Shown: positions 8,020 through 18,158 of the stretch, in pieces
Numbering within the stretch: the first letter of the stretch is position 1
Layout of the letters: each line of letters opens with the position of its first letter
Source: a virus
Lineage: Duplodnaviria > Caudoviricetes
Direction: 5' to 3' (one strand)
Length of the DNA stretch: 38,163 bases
IMG/VR virus record: IMGVR_UViG_3300025035_000051
Coordinates: 1-38,163 of that record
Translations under genes and position numbers: made by a program
Notes under the pieces: model-generated
What the model saw: the letters and a program-made list of their open reading frames with translations, nothing else
Told to the model about the DNA's origin: nothing
Database searches by the model: none

Positions 8020-9364
8020 ATATTTTGGTTCTTGAATAATCTGCTCTACAGGTTGTTGTAGTAGGTCCATAACCTACTCTCTTTCTTAATTTACACTCAT
8101 TCACTATTATTCTGGGCATTAAACCCTCCTCTACTTCATGTTCAGGTCTAATCTTGGGGTTTAGCGAAAACATGCCGTCCACTATGTGGGCTTTCATGCT
8201 ACTTCCTTCTACGTGCTGCATCCCAATTAATTCGGCACTAAACCCGTCTACCTTTGTTTGAGAAGCCGTTAATACAGGTATGTACAAATTAACAGCAGAT
8301 TTCTTTAAGTCCTTATAGGTATTGCCTTTGTCTTCGTACATAAAATCAGTTAAACCCTTTAATGGGGCTAGATAATCAGCATAGTCTACTGCCATAAAAT
8401 CTACAGTCCTATTACTTACTAATTCAATTTGTCTACAGAATGAGGATAAAGTGTTAGAATTGGCTTCGTACTCATTATAGTGTTTTATTACCAGACTAGG
8501 AGAATACAGAGCTTCAAATTCTAGTATTCTAGGCTGCAGTATCCTAGGGTCTGACATCTCTTGTTCGGTAAGGTTAAATAAGTTAGCTACAAATCTAAGG
8601 TAAATCTCTGGTTCCGTCATTTCAAAAGTAAAGTACACTACTGAATACCCCTTACGTATAGCGTGACAACTCTCCGAAACGAGGATAGTAGTTTTACCTA
8701 CTCCTGGAGGAGATACCCAAGAATACAACCCTCCCTTTCGATAACCGCCCCCCATAACTGCATTCAAACTGGGAAGACCTGAAGGGACTCTCATAACGGT
8801 AGACTCTGACTTTAATAATTCTGAAATATCTCCCAATGCCTTAGCAAAACTAATCCCTAAATCTTTGTTATAACCCTTTGACATTAAATCCAAGAATTGG
8901 GAATCGATAGAAGCTAACAGCTTGTTATCAGCTTCAAGATTAGATATATCCTCAAAATCCTTCTCGTAACTATTTATCTGTCTGTAAGACCAGTCAATAA
9001 ATTTTATGTACTCCTGCTTCTTGCAAAATGTTACTGCAGATTTTCTAATAAAGTCCGCATCGGTTAATTCTTTTGTGTAAATCTCTTCTATTCGGACTTT
9101 GTACAAATAAATTATTTCCTCGTCTAATTTCTCCCGCTTCAATAACTCATTTACCAGAGTGCTAAGAATGTCCTTTGTGGGTGGCTTCTTATATTCTATG
9201 TAATACTCGTATATTTTTCTTAGAATAGTACGTATATAATAATTCTTGAAGTATTCAGGCTTTACCAGGGTGTGATTTACCGCTAAGAAATTATTGTCTC
9301 TGACCATTAAGCCACATAACTGAACCTGATAATCTAGGGAAAACACATTTGAACTCTCGCTCAT
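8003..9364 (-). CDS. DnaB-like replicative helicase (T4 gp41-like)
   Basis: Walker A SPPGVGKTT, YFTFEM, VDYAD, TASQ. Confidence 0.92.
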   Translation of the reverse strand: MSESSNVFSLDYQVQLCGLMVRDNNFLAVNHTLVKPEYFKNYYIRTILRKIYEYYIEYKKPPTKDILSTLVNELLKREKLDEEIIYLYKVRIEEIYTKELTDADFIRKSAVTFCKKQEYIKFIDWSYRQINSYEKDFEDISNLEADNKLLASIDSQFLDLMSKGYNKDLGISFAKALGDISELLKSESTVMRVPSGLPSLNAVMGGGYRKGGLYSWVSPPGVGKTTILVSESCHAIRKGYSVVYFTFEMTEPEIYLRFVANLFNLTEQEMSDPRILQPRILEFEALYSPSLVIKHYNEYEANSNTLSSFCRQIELVSNRTVDFMAVDYADYLAPLKGLTDFMYEDKGNTYKDLKKSAVNLYIPVLTASQTKVDGFSAELIGMQHVEGSSMKAHIVDGMFSLNPKIRPEHEVEEGLMPRIIVNECKLRKRVGYGPTTTTCRADYSRTKIYEDSY

Positions 9365-9365
9365 A

Positions 9366-10946
9366 TTAATCTCTGTTTAAAAAATCTGTCAGAACACTAG
9401 GATCTGAAAACTGGTTATAGCGAGAATTCTCATAAATATCTTTTCGAGACCTAGAATGCTTCATGGTTACTGGATTAAGTTGGTCAACAAAATCCACTAT
9501 GTACCCATTGTTATCCTTCTTATCCGGAGATAATACTCTACTAGTTCGCTGCTTATTCAAGATGTCATTTTCAAATCCTTCTCCGGAGAGAAGTACCATC
9601 CATTTACACCCTGGAAAATCAACTCCCACATTGTAAATGTTTGTTCCTATCAAGACGTCTATTCCACCCGAATTAAATTCAGATACTACATCACTGATAG
9701 ACGTTCTTGAAGACTTCCCATACTTTAATTCCCATGTCTCTTCGGCTGATGAAAATACGCATCTCTTGTTATAAGGGATATTTTTTAGCATGTCTAAAAT
9801 TATCTTACCGTGATTTATTCGGTTTACTAATACCAGGCATCTCTTGTTAAAAGAAACAATCAGAGATATACATTCTACCGCCCTAAAATTTCTAGCAAAA
9901 TTAGCCACAATAAAAGTCTTATAAATTGCCGTATAATTACTCATAGTAAACTTAGGGTATTCCATCTTGTACGCTAACCATATAACATTTCCCCTAGATT
10001 TATAACCCTGCTCTATCAAGTACTCATCAGATATTCTCTTTATCACTTGTCCAAATACTTGCTGTATATTCATGTCTCTAACATGCTCGGAGGGGTTACT
10101 CTCATTCATGTAGGGAGTACCTGAACATGCTACTGCAATATCAGGATAATTTATGTCCATCATCCTAAACAGAGAATACTGGAACATATCTGCAGATCCA
10201 TCCTGTATTTCATCTACTATAAGAAAATCAGTAGAAGTTATTCGGTTAAATAATACCAAATCCTTCCTTCTCAGCCTACCAGATTCTTCTTTCTTTAAGA
10301 CGTTAAATACAGAATTTACAACACACACCAATATATCACAATAATAATCCGCCCTACCCCCATATAATTTTCCCACGGACTCAAATCCACGTAGTCTAAA
10401 CCTATCAAACATGTTATCAGCTAGGGGGCTCTTCCTTACTATTATTGTAACTTTACCTCTGGAATTCTCATTGTCTAAGTAGTTCTGAACTGCACAAATT
10501 AGCATCTCGGTCTTTCCCCCACGTGTAGGAACAAAGATTATGCCTCTTCTCTTCTGCAGAATGGTTTCTACTACTGGAGTTTGATAATCAGGTCTTAGAC
10601 GGAGGGTATCTGTTATCCAATCAAAAATTGGATAAGTAAGTTCTTTGGATTTAGTCTTTACCCTAAAGTCTCTGTAGGTCAACTGATCCTGAGTGTATCC
10701 CATTTCTATGAGGTACTTATTTAAGTAGTGTAACAATCCTGAATAAACCCACAGTACCTCGTCGGAGGTAGTCAGATAGATCTTCTTCTTGGTGCATCGT
10801 ATAGTGGAAACGTCTCCTGTCCTCTCGTCAACTATGTCCTCCATTTCTTCGAAAGTTATAGTAAAAAGTTCTTGCAGAAGATACACCTTATCATTTGGCA
10901 TACCCTCTACAAAAGTTTTTAGGTCGTAAACAGATATATATACCAC
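9366..10946 (-). CDS. superfamily 2 DNA helicase (UvsW-like)
   Basis: PTRGGKT, VDEIQ, SGTP, GVDFP, QRTSRVL; GTG start overlapping the upstream TAG. Confidence 0.9.
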   Translation of the reverse strand: MVYISVYDLKTFVEGMPNDKVYLLQELFTITFEEMEDIVDERTGDVSTIRCTKKKIYLTTSDEVLWVYSGLLHYLNKYLIEMGYTQDQLTYRDFRVKTKSKELTYPIFDWITDTLRLRPDYQTPVVETILQKRRGIIFVPTRGGKTEMLICAVQNYLDNENSRGKVTIIVRKSPLADNMFDRFRLRGFESVGKLYGGRADYYCDILVCVVNSVFNVLKKEESGRLRRKDLVLFNRITSTDFLIVDEIQDGSADMFQYSLFRMMDINYPDIAVACSGTPYMNESNPSEHVRDMNIQQVFGQVIKRISDEYLIEQGYKSRGNVIWLAYKMEYPKFTMSNYTAIYKTFIVANFARNFRAVECISLIVSFNKRCLVLVNRINHGKIILDMLKNIPYNKRCVFSSAEETWELKYGKSSRTSISDVVSEFNSGGIDVLIGTNIYNVGVDFPGCKWMVLLSGEGFENDILNKQRTSRVLSPDKKDNNGYIVDFVDQLNPVTMKHSRSRKDIYENSRYNQFSDPSVLTDFLNRD

Positions 10947-11299
10947 TATATTTTCTTAAATTGCTTAAGTAATTCTGGATTCTTGGTCAACATAAAATAT
11001 ATGTATAAGGAAACATAGTTACGTAAATCCATCAGAGTATCCAGAACTGTCTCATCCTTTACCTCAATGCTAAATCCATTCTTAAACAGATTCTGTAACC
11101 TATCCCATTTTCTAGCTGAATTTTCGTTTACAGACATTATACCTCTCTTCTGCCAACTTCCTCCGTAATCCCTGTCTTTTTTTATCATCAATTGAGAACA
11201 TTTTACTTCCAGCTCACGAAGTAACTCTAACGCCTCTTCATCCAGCTTATAATTTTCTATAGGTTCTAATAAATTTTCGTCAAATGCAACTGTCTTCAT
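10946..11299 (-). CDS. nucleotide modification associated domain 1 (Nmad1/DUF1599-like) protein
   Basis: KKDRDYGGSW...KWDRL.N...ETVLDTLMDLRNY matches the K..DYG.SW / K..RL / DT..DL.NY pattern. Confidence 0.8.
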   Translation of the reverse strand: MKTVAFDENLLEPIENYKLDEEALELLRELEVKCSQLMIKKDRDYGGSWQKRGIMSVNENSARKWDRLQNLFKNGFSIEVKDETVLDTLMDLRNYVSLYIYFMLTKNPELLKQFKKI

Positions 11300-11301
11300 A
11301 A

Positions 11302-14172
11302 CTAAGGTATTTGGGTTAATCTAATTTTCTGTTTTATTCTGTGCGTAGAAGTCAGGTGTATAACTCCATTAAAGGCTCGAGTCTTATCTACTTCCCATTC
11401 TTCCTCAACAGATTCTTCTTCCAAAACCTCTACAGAAATATATGCGTTTCGGGCAAACAGCGTATTTAGTCTTTGAACTCCAATATCTCTTCCAGATATT
11501 TCTAGTTCTACCTGGGTCTTAGAATCATTATGACTTAGTATTTCTACTCCAACACAACTGCCCCAACTCATCCCCATATCAATATCTATTCTGTAAGGGA
11601 CGTCATTAAGCCAGTTAAATCTGCTCTCCAACTCATCCTCGCATTTATACTTTATAAGGAATATCATCTTTATTATCTCTGATGGGTGTACAGAAAATTC
11701 AAGTGAATCATGTACGGTGCCCATAAAATGAGAATAAAATTCATTATCTATAAGGTATTTGTGTATAGAGATAATTGAAGACAGGGTAATGTCACTGGCT
11801 GAACTCTGGATAGGAGAATTCATAGCTGCTCTAACTGCAGAATTATATAAAGATCGCTCTCTTTTATCCTTACTGTACTTGTATTTCTTCAATGAAGACA
11901 GGTAACGTCGTCTTCCAGTAGCAGAGTCAACATAACCATCTCGCTCTCCCATAGCTACTGTCTTGTCTATCCACTTTTTAACCTTAGGGAATCTCTTGAA
12001 TATGGAATCTTGAACTGCTTGAGCTTCTTCGACTGAACCCCCCAAAATTTCAGATAGTGTATAAACACTCTGGCCATACAACATGCCAAAGATAACTGCC
12101 TTAGCATTTGACCTCTGTAGTTTAGATACTTCCTCATAAGTTACTCCAAATGACTGGCTAGCTACAAATTTATGTATGTCTAGACCGTCTTTGTAAGCTT
12201 GTCTTAAATGCTCGTCTTGAGATAAAGATGCAAACACCCTCACCTCAACCTGAGAATAATCTGGAGCCATTATAACCCCGCCCTCAACAGCCCATTCACT
12301 AACAAAACAAAACTTAATATCTCCGAAGGATGGAAGCATGTGAAAATCTCCACTTATACGACCTGTCGCTACTGCAGCTAGATTATAAGAAGGAAAATAC
12401 TTTCCGTATTTTTCATAATGGTTACGCAACACATTTAAATATTTAGATATCTGACTTTGAATTTCTAGCTCCTCTCTTATATAAGATACAATCTCTTTCT
12501 GATATTCAAATTTGGCATTCTTTACTATATTTTCCTTGGCATCTACGTTAAAAGAGGGAAGACCTGTTGGGGTAGTTTCCAGAGAATCACACTTTAAAAA
12601 ATCAAATACGTACTCTTTTACTAGATTACCCCTAACAGTCATGTCGTACTTAGATGCTTTATCCCTTATATCTTCTTCATCAGCTTCTGGATACTTCTCT
12701 CGCATCTTCTTTTGGTAGAATTTCTGGGTCTGTGGAGCTAGATTAAATTTCGCATGGGCATCCGAAACCCTTTTTACATATAATTCCTCTAGATAAGATA
12801 ACAATGGTTCATTTATAACTACACCTCTAGATTCTATATCAACAAATGTTTTAGTTGCCTCCAATAGCAATTGATAACTCCATCCCATATTTGAATTCTC
12901 AGGCTTAGCAAATTCTCGTTTAAAGTATTCCCTTAGGTACAGCATAACTATAACATCCATTCCAGCGTACTGGCATAACACCTTAAAGTCTATGTTTATC
13001 AATCTTCTGTCTTTTATCTTAGAAAATTTAGCGAATTCTATATCTCTAGATTCATCCCAGTCTTCCTCAATGTCAAAATACATTTTACTTAGGGATTTTA
13101 GACTTAAAGAGATACCTGTATCTCTCTTCACCCCTATCAGTAGATACGCCATAAGTAAAGTGTCATCTATGAGAACTACCTTACGTAGGTCTATCTTCAA
13201 TTTTTCAAAACACCACGATATATCATACTTAGCATTGTGACAATAGAACGGGATCATTTCTAGCAATTCTACAAGAATCTTCTTAACCTTTCCCTCCTCC
13301 CATCTACTCTGGTCTTCTCCTCTAACTTCAGCCAGTCTTGGATGATATAAATTTATATAATAGCCTGTTAGCTCTACTTCATCAGCTATGCTAAACCCTG
13401 TTATATATTCCTCGCTCTCCTTTAGGTCAACAACTGAGGAATCCTTAGAATTAGTAAACACCGAAGATGTCTCTATATCAAACGAAATATCCTTTATCCT
13501 ACCCGACTTATAATAATCCTTCAACCTTTCAGCGTATTCAACAAATTCCAGATAAGACAGATACCTGGTATTAAACTTAATTGCGTTAGGGGAAGCTCCT
13601 CCGGAAATTGCTTTGTAAGCCTTAATGAATACTTCTAGGAACTTAGCCTCATACATATCTGGGCTGTAATTAACAGCAGCTGCAGAGAAATTAGGAAGTA
13701 TTATTACATTTCCAAATCCAAAATCTCTCCTATACGTCATCCCGACACTCTTGGTTATAGTAAGTTTATCTTCACAAAAGAAATCTCTGGCTTCAGAACC
13801 TAAAGGTATTATAATCTTTAAATTAGGTAACCGTGCTAAAGATTGGTACATATTTTCTGAACACAGACTTATCACAGTTCGCTTATTTTTAGCAGATGAT
13901 AATTCCTTATCATTCTTATCCAGTCCGCACCTAACTAACGATGTAAATCCTATCTTAGTTCTATTATCCATCAACTTAGACTTTACTAGAGAGGGGAGGA
14001 GGGTCAATCTGTCTGAAGACTCTCCAAATAAATTATTACCATTATCACAATCCTTGGAGGGGATACTCTTTACGATAAGAACTTCTACACTAGGGTTAGT
14101 GTATTCTGCCAGCATTGGCATTTTACACCTTATGCCTAAGGGACATTCTCCAATAAAATCACAATTACTCAT
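11302..14172 (-). CDS. polA: family A DNA polymerase with 3'-5' exonuclease and N-terminal uracil-DNA-glycosylase-like domain
   Basis: Exo I FDIET, Exo II HNAKYD, Exo III YAGMD; TGRIS, motif A DYSQVEVR, motif B RSNAKAVIFGMLYG, motif C TVHDS; first ~190 aa follow the family-4 UDG pattern. Confidence 0.95.
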   Translation of the reverse strand: MSNCDFIGECPLGIRCKMPMLAEYTNPSVEVLIVKSIPSKDCDNGNNLFGESSDRLTLLPSLVKSKLMDNRTKIGFTSLVRCGLDKNDKELSSAKNKRTVISLCSENMYQSLARLPNLKIIIPLGSEARDFFCEDKLTITKSVGMTYRRDFGFGNVIILPNFSAAAVNYSPDMYEAKFLEVFIKAYKAISGGASPNAIKFNTRYLSYLEFVEYAERLKDYYKSGRIKDISFDIETSSVFTNSKDSSVVDLKESEEYITGFSIADEVELTGYYINLYHPRLAEVRGEDQSRWEEGKVKKILVELLEMIPFYCHNAKYDISWCFEKLKIDLRKVVLIDDTLLMAYLLIGVKRDTGISLSLKSLSKMYFDIEEDWDESRDIEFAKFSKIKDRRLINIDFKVLCQYAGMDVIVMLYLREYFKREFAKPENSNMGWSYQLLLEATKTFVDIESRGVVINEPLLSYLEELYVKRVSDAHAKFNLAPQTQKFYQKKMREKYPEADEEDIRDKASKYDMTVRGNLVKEYVFDFLKCDSLETTPTGLPSFNVDAKENIVKNAKFEYQKEIVSYIREELEIQSQISKYLNVLRNHYEKYGKYFPSYNLAAVATGRISGDFHMLPSFGDIKFCFVSEWAVEGGVIMAPDYSQVEVRVFASLSQDEHLRQAYKDGLDIHKFVASQSFGVTYEEVSKLQRSNAKAVIFGMLYGQSVYTLSEILGGSVEEAQAVQDSIFKRFPKVKKWIDKTVAMGERDGYVDSATGRRRYLSSLKKYKYSKDKRERSLYNSAVRAAMNSPIQSSASDITLSSIISIHKYLIDNEFYSHFMGTVHDSLEFSVHPSEIIKMIFLIKYKCEDELESRFNWLNDVPYRIDIDMGMSWGSCVGVEILSHNDSKTQVELEISGRDIGVQRLNTLFARNAYISVEVLEEESVEEEWEVDKTRAFNGVIHLTSTHRIKQKIRLTQIP

Positions 14173-14338
14173 TTACTGTAGAAGTCACTATAACAGGTAT
14201 AAACTTTTGCAGTTCAATAACATCTGAATGATTAAATGTAGAAATAGGTACTTTCACGTACACTGTAACTAAAGTAGGAGTTTCCTCTACCCTAAATACT
14301 TGTGGGTCTCTTCTGACTTTGTTGATTAGTTTTTTCAT
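14165..14338 (-). CDS. small hypothetical protein (57 aa), absent from the ORF track
   Basis: Manual translation MKKLINKVRRDPQVFRVEETPTLVTVYVKVPISTFNHSDVIELQKFIPVIVTSTVNE*; ATGA-coupled to SbcC stop and overlaps the polymerase start, exactly filling the gap. Confidence 0.7.
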   Translation of the reverse strand: MKKLINKVRRDPQVFRVEETPTLVTVYVKVPISTFNHSDVIELQKFIPVIVTSTVNE

Positions 14339-16149
14339 GATTCAATTCTTGTTAAACCGCCCTGTTTTATGACAGTTATTGTTCCTCCGTTAAAATGATT
14401 AATCTCCCTATGAGAAATTATATAAATTGTTGTGTCTGGATTTGATACTTCGTTTATTAGTTCCATCACATTGTAAGCTCCTTCTCCATCTAATCCGTCA
14501 AATATTTCATCTAAACTAAAAAGATTGGTGTCCACATTATAGATTCTGCGAACAAATTCTCGTATTCCTAATTGGATACATATATCAGCTCTCTTCTTCT
14601 CTCCTCCTGAAAGAGCGTTGTATAGCCTCTCCTTACCCGAACTACACATTGCTATAACATCTATTGAAGTTACCATCCCCTCATTGTTTAAGCTAGGAAA
14701 TAATTGTATAAGCATATCTGAGAATAAGAAAGTGGAGAACTCTCGCATCTTCTCATTTAAGAATTCTATATCGTTATTTATTAAGTAACTACGTATTCCC
14801 TTAAATGAAAATATGTTAACTAACTCCTTGTAATAGGGCAATTCCGCGGTTAGGGAGACAACCTTAGACTCAACTTTCGTGTTAGATTCTCGCAGGGATG
14901 AGACATCTGAATTTATAGATACTATGCTACTTCGAATAGTCCTTTCCCTTTCTGCATACAAAAGTTCCCTCGTCTTAGATTCCTCTAATTCCCTCCGTAG
15001 TACCTCTAATGCAGCTAGACTAGAATTAAATTTAGATTTAAGATCTGAGATACTTAATGATGAACTAGTGTACTTAGATAACTCTGTATTATACTTTTCC
15101 AGAGCTTCCCTAGAAGACTCAGTTAGAGGTTCCAGCTCTGCGGTTATTCTAGACACTTCAGAATTTATATGCTTTTCAGATTCCTCCCTGTTATCAAAAT
15201 CTCTTCCACAAGAGGAACACGATAAGCTTCCTAAAGTACTCTGTATCTTAGTTAATTCGGATTGTTTTAAAATAACCTTTGTCTTCTTTTCAGTTAAGGA
15301 TTCTCTTAGAGAATCCACAATATCCTTTAAGGATTTAGAAGACTCGTCTAAACTCAATATAGATTTCTTGGATTCTGCCAATTCTGCAACTCCTGAGGAA
15401 TATCTCTCCAACTTATTTGCGGAGCCACTATTCTCGTGGGCAATTCGTATTTCTTCCTGTATTTCAGCCACAGTGGTTTCCAATCTAAAGACCTCCTGGG
15501 TCTTAGAATTTATTACTGCGGTATTCTGGTCACGAATACTAACTACTGTCTGCAATTCCGTAGCTAAGGCTTTAACCCTTGCCCCTGCTGAAAAATACCC
15601 GTGATCCCATACTTTAACATTTCTTAAGGATTCAATATAAGACTTACTATCCACATTTGACATGGACGTAAATTTACTGTTTAACCCCTGCTCCATTAGG
15701 TACACAGAGGAAAATACTGAAATAGGCAATTTAAATAACGCTTCTATCTCCTTCTGTGTGTCTACCATCTTCTGCTTAGTTTCTATCCTGCCATCTACCA
15801 GTAATTCTAAGGAATTTGAATATACTGAATGCATTCTGTATCTGCGTATTTCTACCTCTACAGTATTCCCGTTGTCCTCGGTTATACTAGCCCTTAGCAT
15901 ACCCATACAATCTTTACCTACGGTATCATTTACTACTCCGTCAGAAGAAAGTTTTTTAGAAGTACTTCCAAATATTATCCACCTGAAAGACTCAGAAAAT
16001 ATGGTAGACTTCCCAGAACCATTAGACTGTGAACTTGAATTGTCCTCGTTTATTCCCTTTATGTGGAATATTCCTGGAGTCAGGGAAAATTCTGTGTGAC
16101 TTACACTCCCAAAGTTAGTAAGTGCTATTTCTTTGAATAGAATATACAT
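14335..16149 (-). CDS. SbcC/Rad50-like ATPase (T4 gp46-like)
   Basis: Walker A NGSGKST, coiled coil with CSSC zinc hook, LSGGE signature, LDEIFDGLD, IISH. Confidence 0.95.
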   Translation of the reverse strand: MYILFKEIALTNFGSVSHTEFSLTPGIFHIKGINEDNSSSQSNGSGKSTIFSESFRWIIFGSTSKKLSSDGVVNDTVGKDCMGMLRASITEDNGNTVEVEIRRYRMHSVYSNSLELLVDGRIETKQKMVDTQKEIEALFKLPISVFSSVYLMEQGLNSKFTSMSNVDSKSYIESLRNVKVWDHGYFSAGARVKALATELQTVVSIRDQNTAVINSKTQEVFRLETTVAEIQEEIRIAHENSGSANKLERYSSGVAELAESKKSILSLDESSKSLKDIVDSLRESLTEKKTKVILKQSELTKIQSTLGSLSCSSCGRDFDNREESEKHINSEVSRITAELEPLTESSREALEKYNTELSKYTSSSLSISDLKSKFNSSLAALEVLRRELEESKTRELLYAERERTIRSSIVSINSDVSSLRESNTKVESKVVSLTAELPYYKELVNIFSFKGIRSYLINNDIEFLNEKMREFSTFLFSDMLIQLFPSLNNEGMVTSIDVIAMCSSGKERLYNALSGGEKKRADICIQLGIREFVRRIYNVDTNLFSLDEIFDGLDGEGAYNVMELINEVSNPDTTIYIISHREINHFNGGTITVIKQGGLTRIES

Positions 16150-16159
16150 TTTAAAATAT

Positions 16160-16489
16160 TTAAATTTGTTTTCTTAAAAGACCTCCGTTTACAACGTGTT
16201 TTACAATATTATCTAAATGAAGAATTTTTCTCAATTCTATAATAGTAGGTCTGTAATAGGTAAAGGTGATTGGCAGCTCCTTAAATTCAGGAGTTTCTTC
16301 TCCTACAAATGCGGACTTACCACACTTACTACAAGGTTCTGAATAAGGAATATAGCCTTTAACTTCAGTAGAAGACTTGTCTGCATTACGACATTTCTCA
16401 CAAACATGAACTACTGTTCTGAGTACACCCTTTCCCTTATGAATAGTTTTCATTTTAGAAAACCTTAAATCAAATTCAGACCTTTCCAT
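16160..16489 (-). CDS. putative zinc-ribbon protein (109 aa)
   Basis: Two CxxC pairs (CEKC, CSKC). Confidence 0.65.
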   Translation of the reverse strand: MERSEFDLRFSKMKTIHKGKGVLRTVVHVCEKCRNADKSSTEVKGYIPYSEPCSKCGKSAFVGEETPEFKELPITFTYYRPTIIELRKILHLDNIVKHVVNGGLLRKQI

Positions 16490-16494
16490 AGTTT

Positions 16495-16917
16495 CTACTT
16501 ACCTGTACTTCCGAATCCTCCTGAACCTCTTTGGGTATCGTTTAGGGTCTCTACTTGATTCCATTTTATAGGATGCCTGGTTTCTATTTCTAGTTGGCAC
16601 ACTCTGTCCCCAACCTCATAGTTGGGCAACGAGGGAATTATGTTATAAAATACTGCCATGTATTCACCTCGATAATCTGGGTCTCCTAATCCAACCCCAT
16701 TAGCTAAGCTCAATCCAGTCTTGTGTATACTACTTCTAGATTTCATAGTTACCTTGAATCCCTTTGGGTCTAAGGCTATGCCTAATCCGTATATTAATCT
16801 ACCATCTCCTAAATCTGTTTTAGAAGTGGCCACCAAGTCTACAGCTGCTGAACCCTCAGTGGCTAATTCTGGTATACGGGCTAAGGGGGACATTAATTTA
16901 ATATCTATTACGTTCAT
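16495..16917 (-). CDS. dut: trimeric dUTPase
   Basis: All five motifs: AAVDL, SRSS, GLGDPDYRGE, GDRVCQL, RGSGGFGSTG. Confidence 0.96.
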   Translation of the reverse strand: MNVIDIKLMSPLARIPELATEGSAAVDLVATSKTDLGDGRLIYGLGIALDPKGFKVTMKSRSSIHKTGLSLANGVGLGDPDYRGEYMAVFYNIIPSLPNYEVGDRVCQLEIETRHPIKWNQVETLNDTQRGSGGFGSTGK

Positions 16918-16924
16918 GCTTATC

Positions 16925-17125
16925 TTATGATTTAGAATTTTCTTCTTTGGAGTATCCTGTTCCGTCTGAATTACAGTAATCCGGAGGGTATCCCTTGTTA
17001 ACTATAGTTCTATGGCGTATCCACAGTGATATTATTGATCTTAACCATTCTGATATATACACCAATACAAGGAATGAGAGCAAGGCAGACCACCATGAGC
17101 TAAATACAATTTGTAAAATATTCAT
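16925..17125 (-). CDS. small membrane protein (66 aa)
   Basis: Hydrophobic N-terminal segment WWSALLSFLVLVYI; fits exactly between neighbours. Confidence 0.65.
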   Translation of the reverse strand: MNILQIVFSSWWSALLSFLVLVYISEWLRSIISLWIRHRTIVNKGYPPDYCNSDGTGYSKEENSKS

Positions 17126-17126
17126 A

Positions 17127-18158
17127 CTATATATTTAATAGTTCTCTGCCCCTTTCAAGTAACACAGATTTATCCAGGGTAGTTTCGTAGAAATCTGTTA
17201 TAAAGGAATGCAGAACCTCTTCTGGGGAATCTCCCTTTAATTTATTCTCTATATGCTTCATCTTTATAGATGCGCTAGACCTGTTGATTATTATCCTAGC
17301 ATATTTATTCAACTCGGCATCTAACTCCTCTAAGTTTTCTGCGGCAGGGTTATAATCAATATATACATAAGAAGAAACAGGTATTTCCAATTCTCTGAGC
17401 TCTTTTGTAGAATTAACCTTTACTAACCAGGGAGACACAGTATTCTGTATATGTTCTGTATTTAAATCTGAATCTATCCACAAGATACCCCTTTTCTTAG
17501 AAAATTCAGAATATTTATGCTGTATACATGAACCTACACAAGTTACATTTCCGATTACCTGGGGAATATGGTAATGGCCATTTATTATCTTAAATCCCTT
17601 TCGGAATGAATTAGGGTTCAATTCGGCTTCTGAAGTCTTGAAATTATTGAACTTGAATCCATTAAAATCTAAGTGAGTAAACGCTAAATCTGCTCTGGAT
17701 TCACTGGCTTTGAGGGCAGCAGATGTAAAATTCTTATCGTGACTGTATGGTATTAGGGAGATGAGTTTACCTTCGAGTTCAAATTCTTCGGGTTCTCTAA
17801 TTATCCTAGCCTCAGATAAGGAGCCAAAGTGGTCTACTGAAGTGACAGCATTGGATAAGATTCCCATGTCGTGATTTCCCAGTATTATTATATGCTCAGC
17901 ACCTACTTCTTTGCAGGCTTGGGTTATTTTAGATATACAAACTCCCATAGCAGACAATACCTCTGAAGAAACAATCCCGATACTGTTATAAGTATCTCCG
18001 CCATTTATGACTGCTCTAGGTTTTCTTTCTCGTATCTGGGAAGATATCCAGTCGGCACACTGTATAATATTATCCAGCCTTAATCCGTATCCACTCTTGG
18101 TTTTCATGTCAAACCTAGAATACTTATCTCCCTGTATATCGGTGTAGTATAATATCAT
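17127..18158 (-). CDS. SbcD/Mre11-like metallophosphoesterase nuclease (T4 gp47-like)
   Basis: TDIQ (variant of DxH), GGD, GNHD, FTH, GHYH; SbcC nearby. Confidence 0.9.
   Translation of the reverse strand: MILYYTDIQGDKYSRFDMKTKSGYGLRLDNIIQCADWISSQIRERKPRAVINGGDTYNSIGIVSSEVLSAMGVCISKITQACKEVGAEHIIILGNHDMGILSNAVTSVDHFGSLSEARIIREPEEFELEGKLISLIPYSHDKNFTSAALKASESRADLAFTHLDFNGFKFNNFKTSEAELNPNSFRKGFKIINGHYHIPQVIGNVTCVGSCIQHKYSEFSKKRGILWIDSDLNTEHIQNTVSPWLVKVNSTKELRELEIPVSSYVYIDYNPAAENLEELDAELNKYARIIINRSSASIKMKHIENKLKGDSPEEVLHSFITDFYETTLDKSVLLERGRELLNI

Noticed and set aside
8003-14172. Inteins or group I introns in the polymerase and helicases
   Set aside because: Motif spacing is normal, ORFs are continuous, and no intein termini or homing endonuclease motifs were seen
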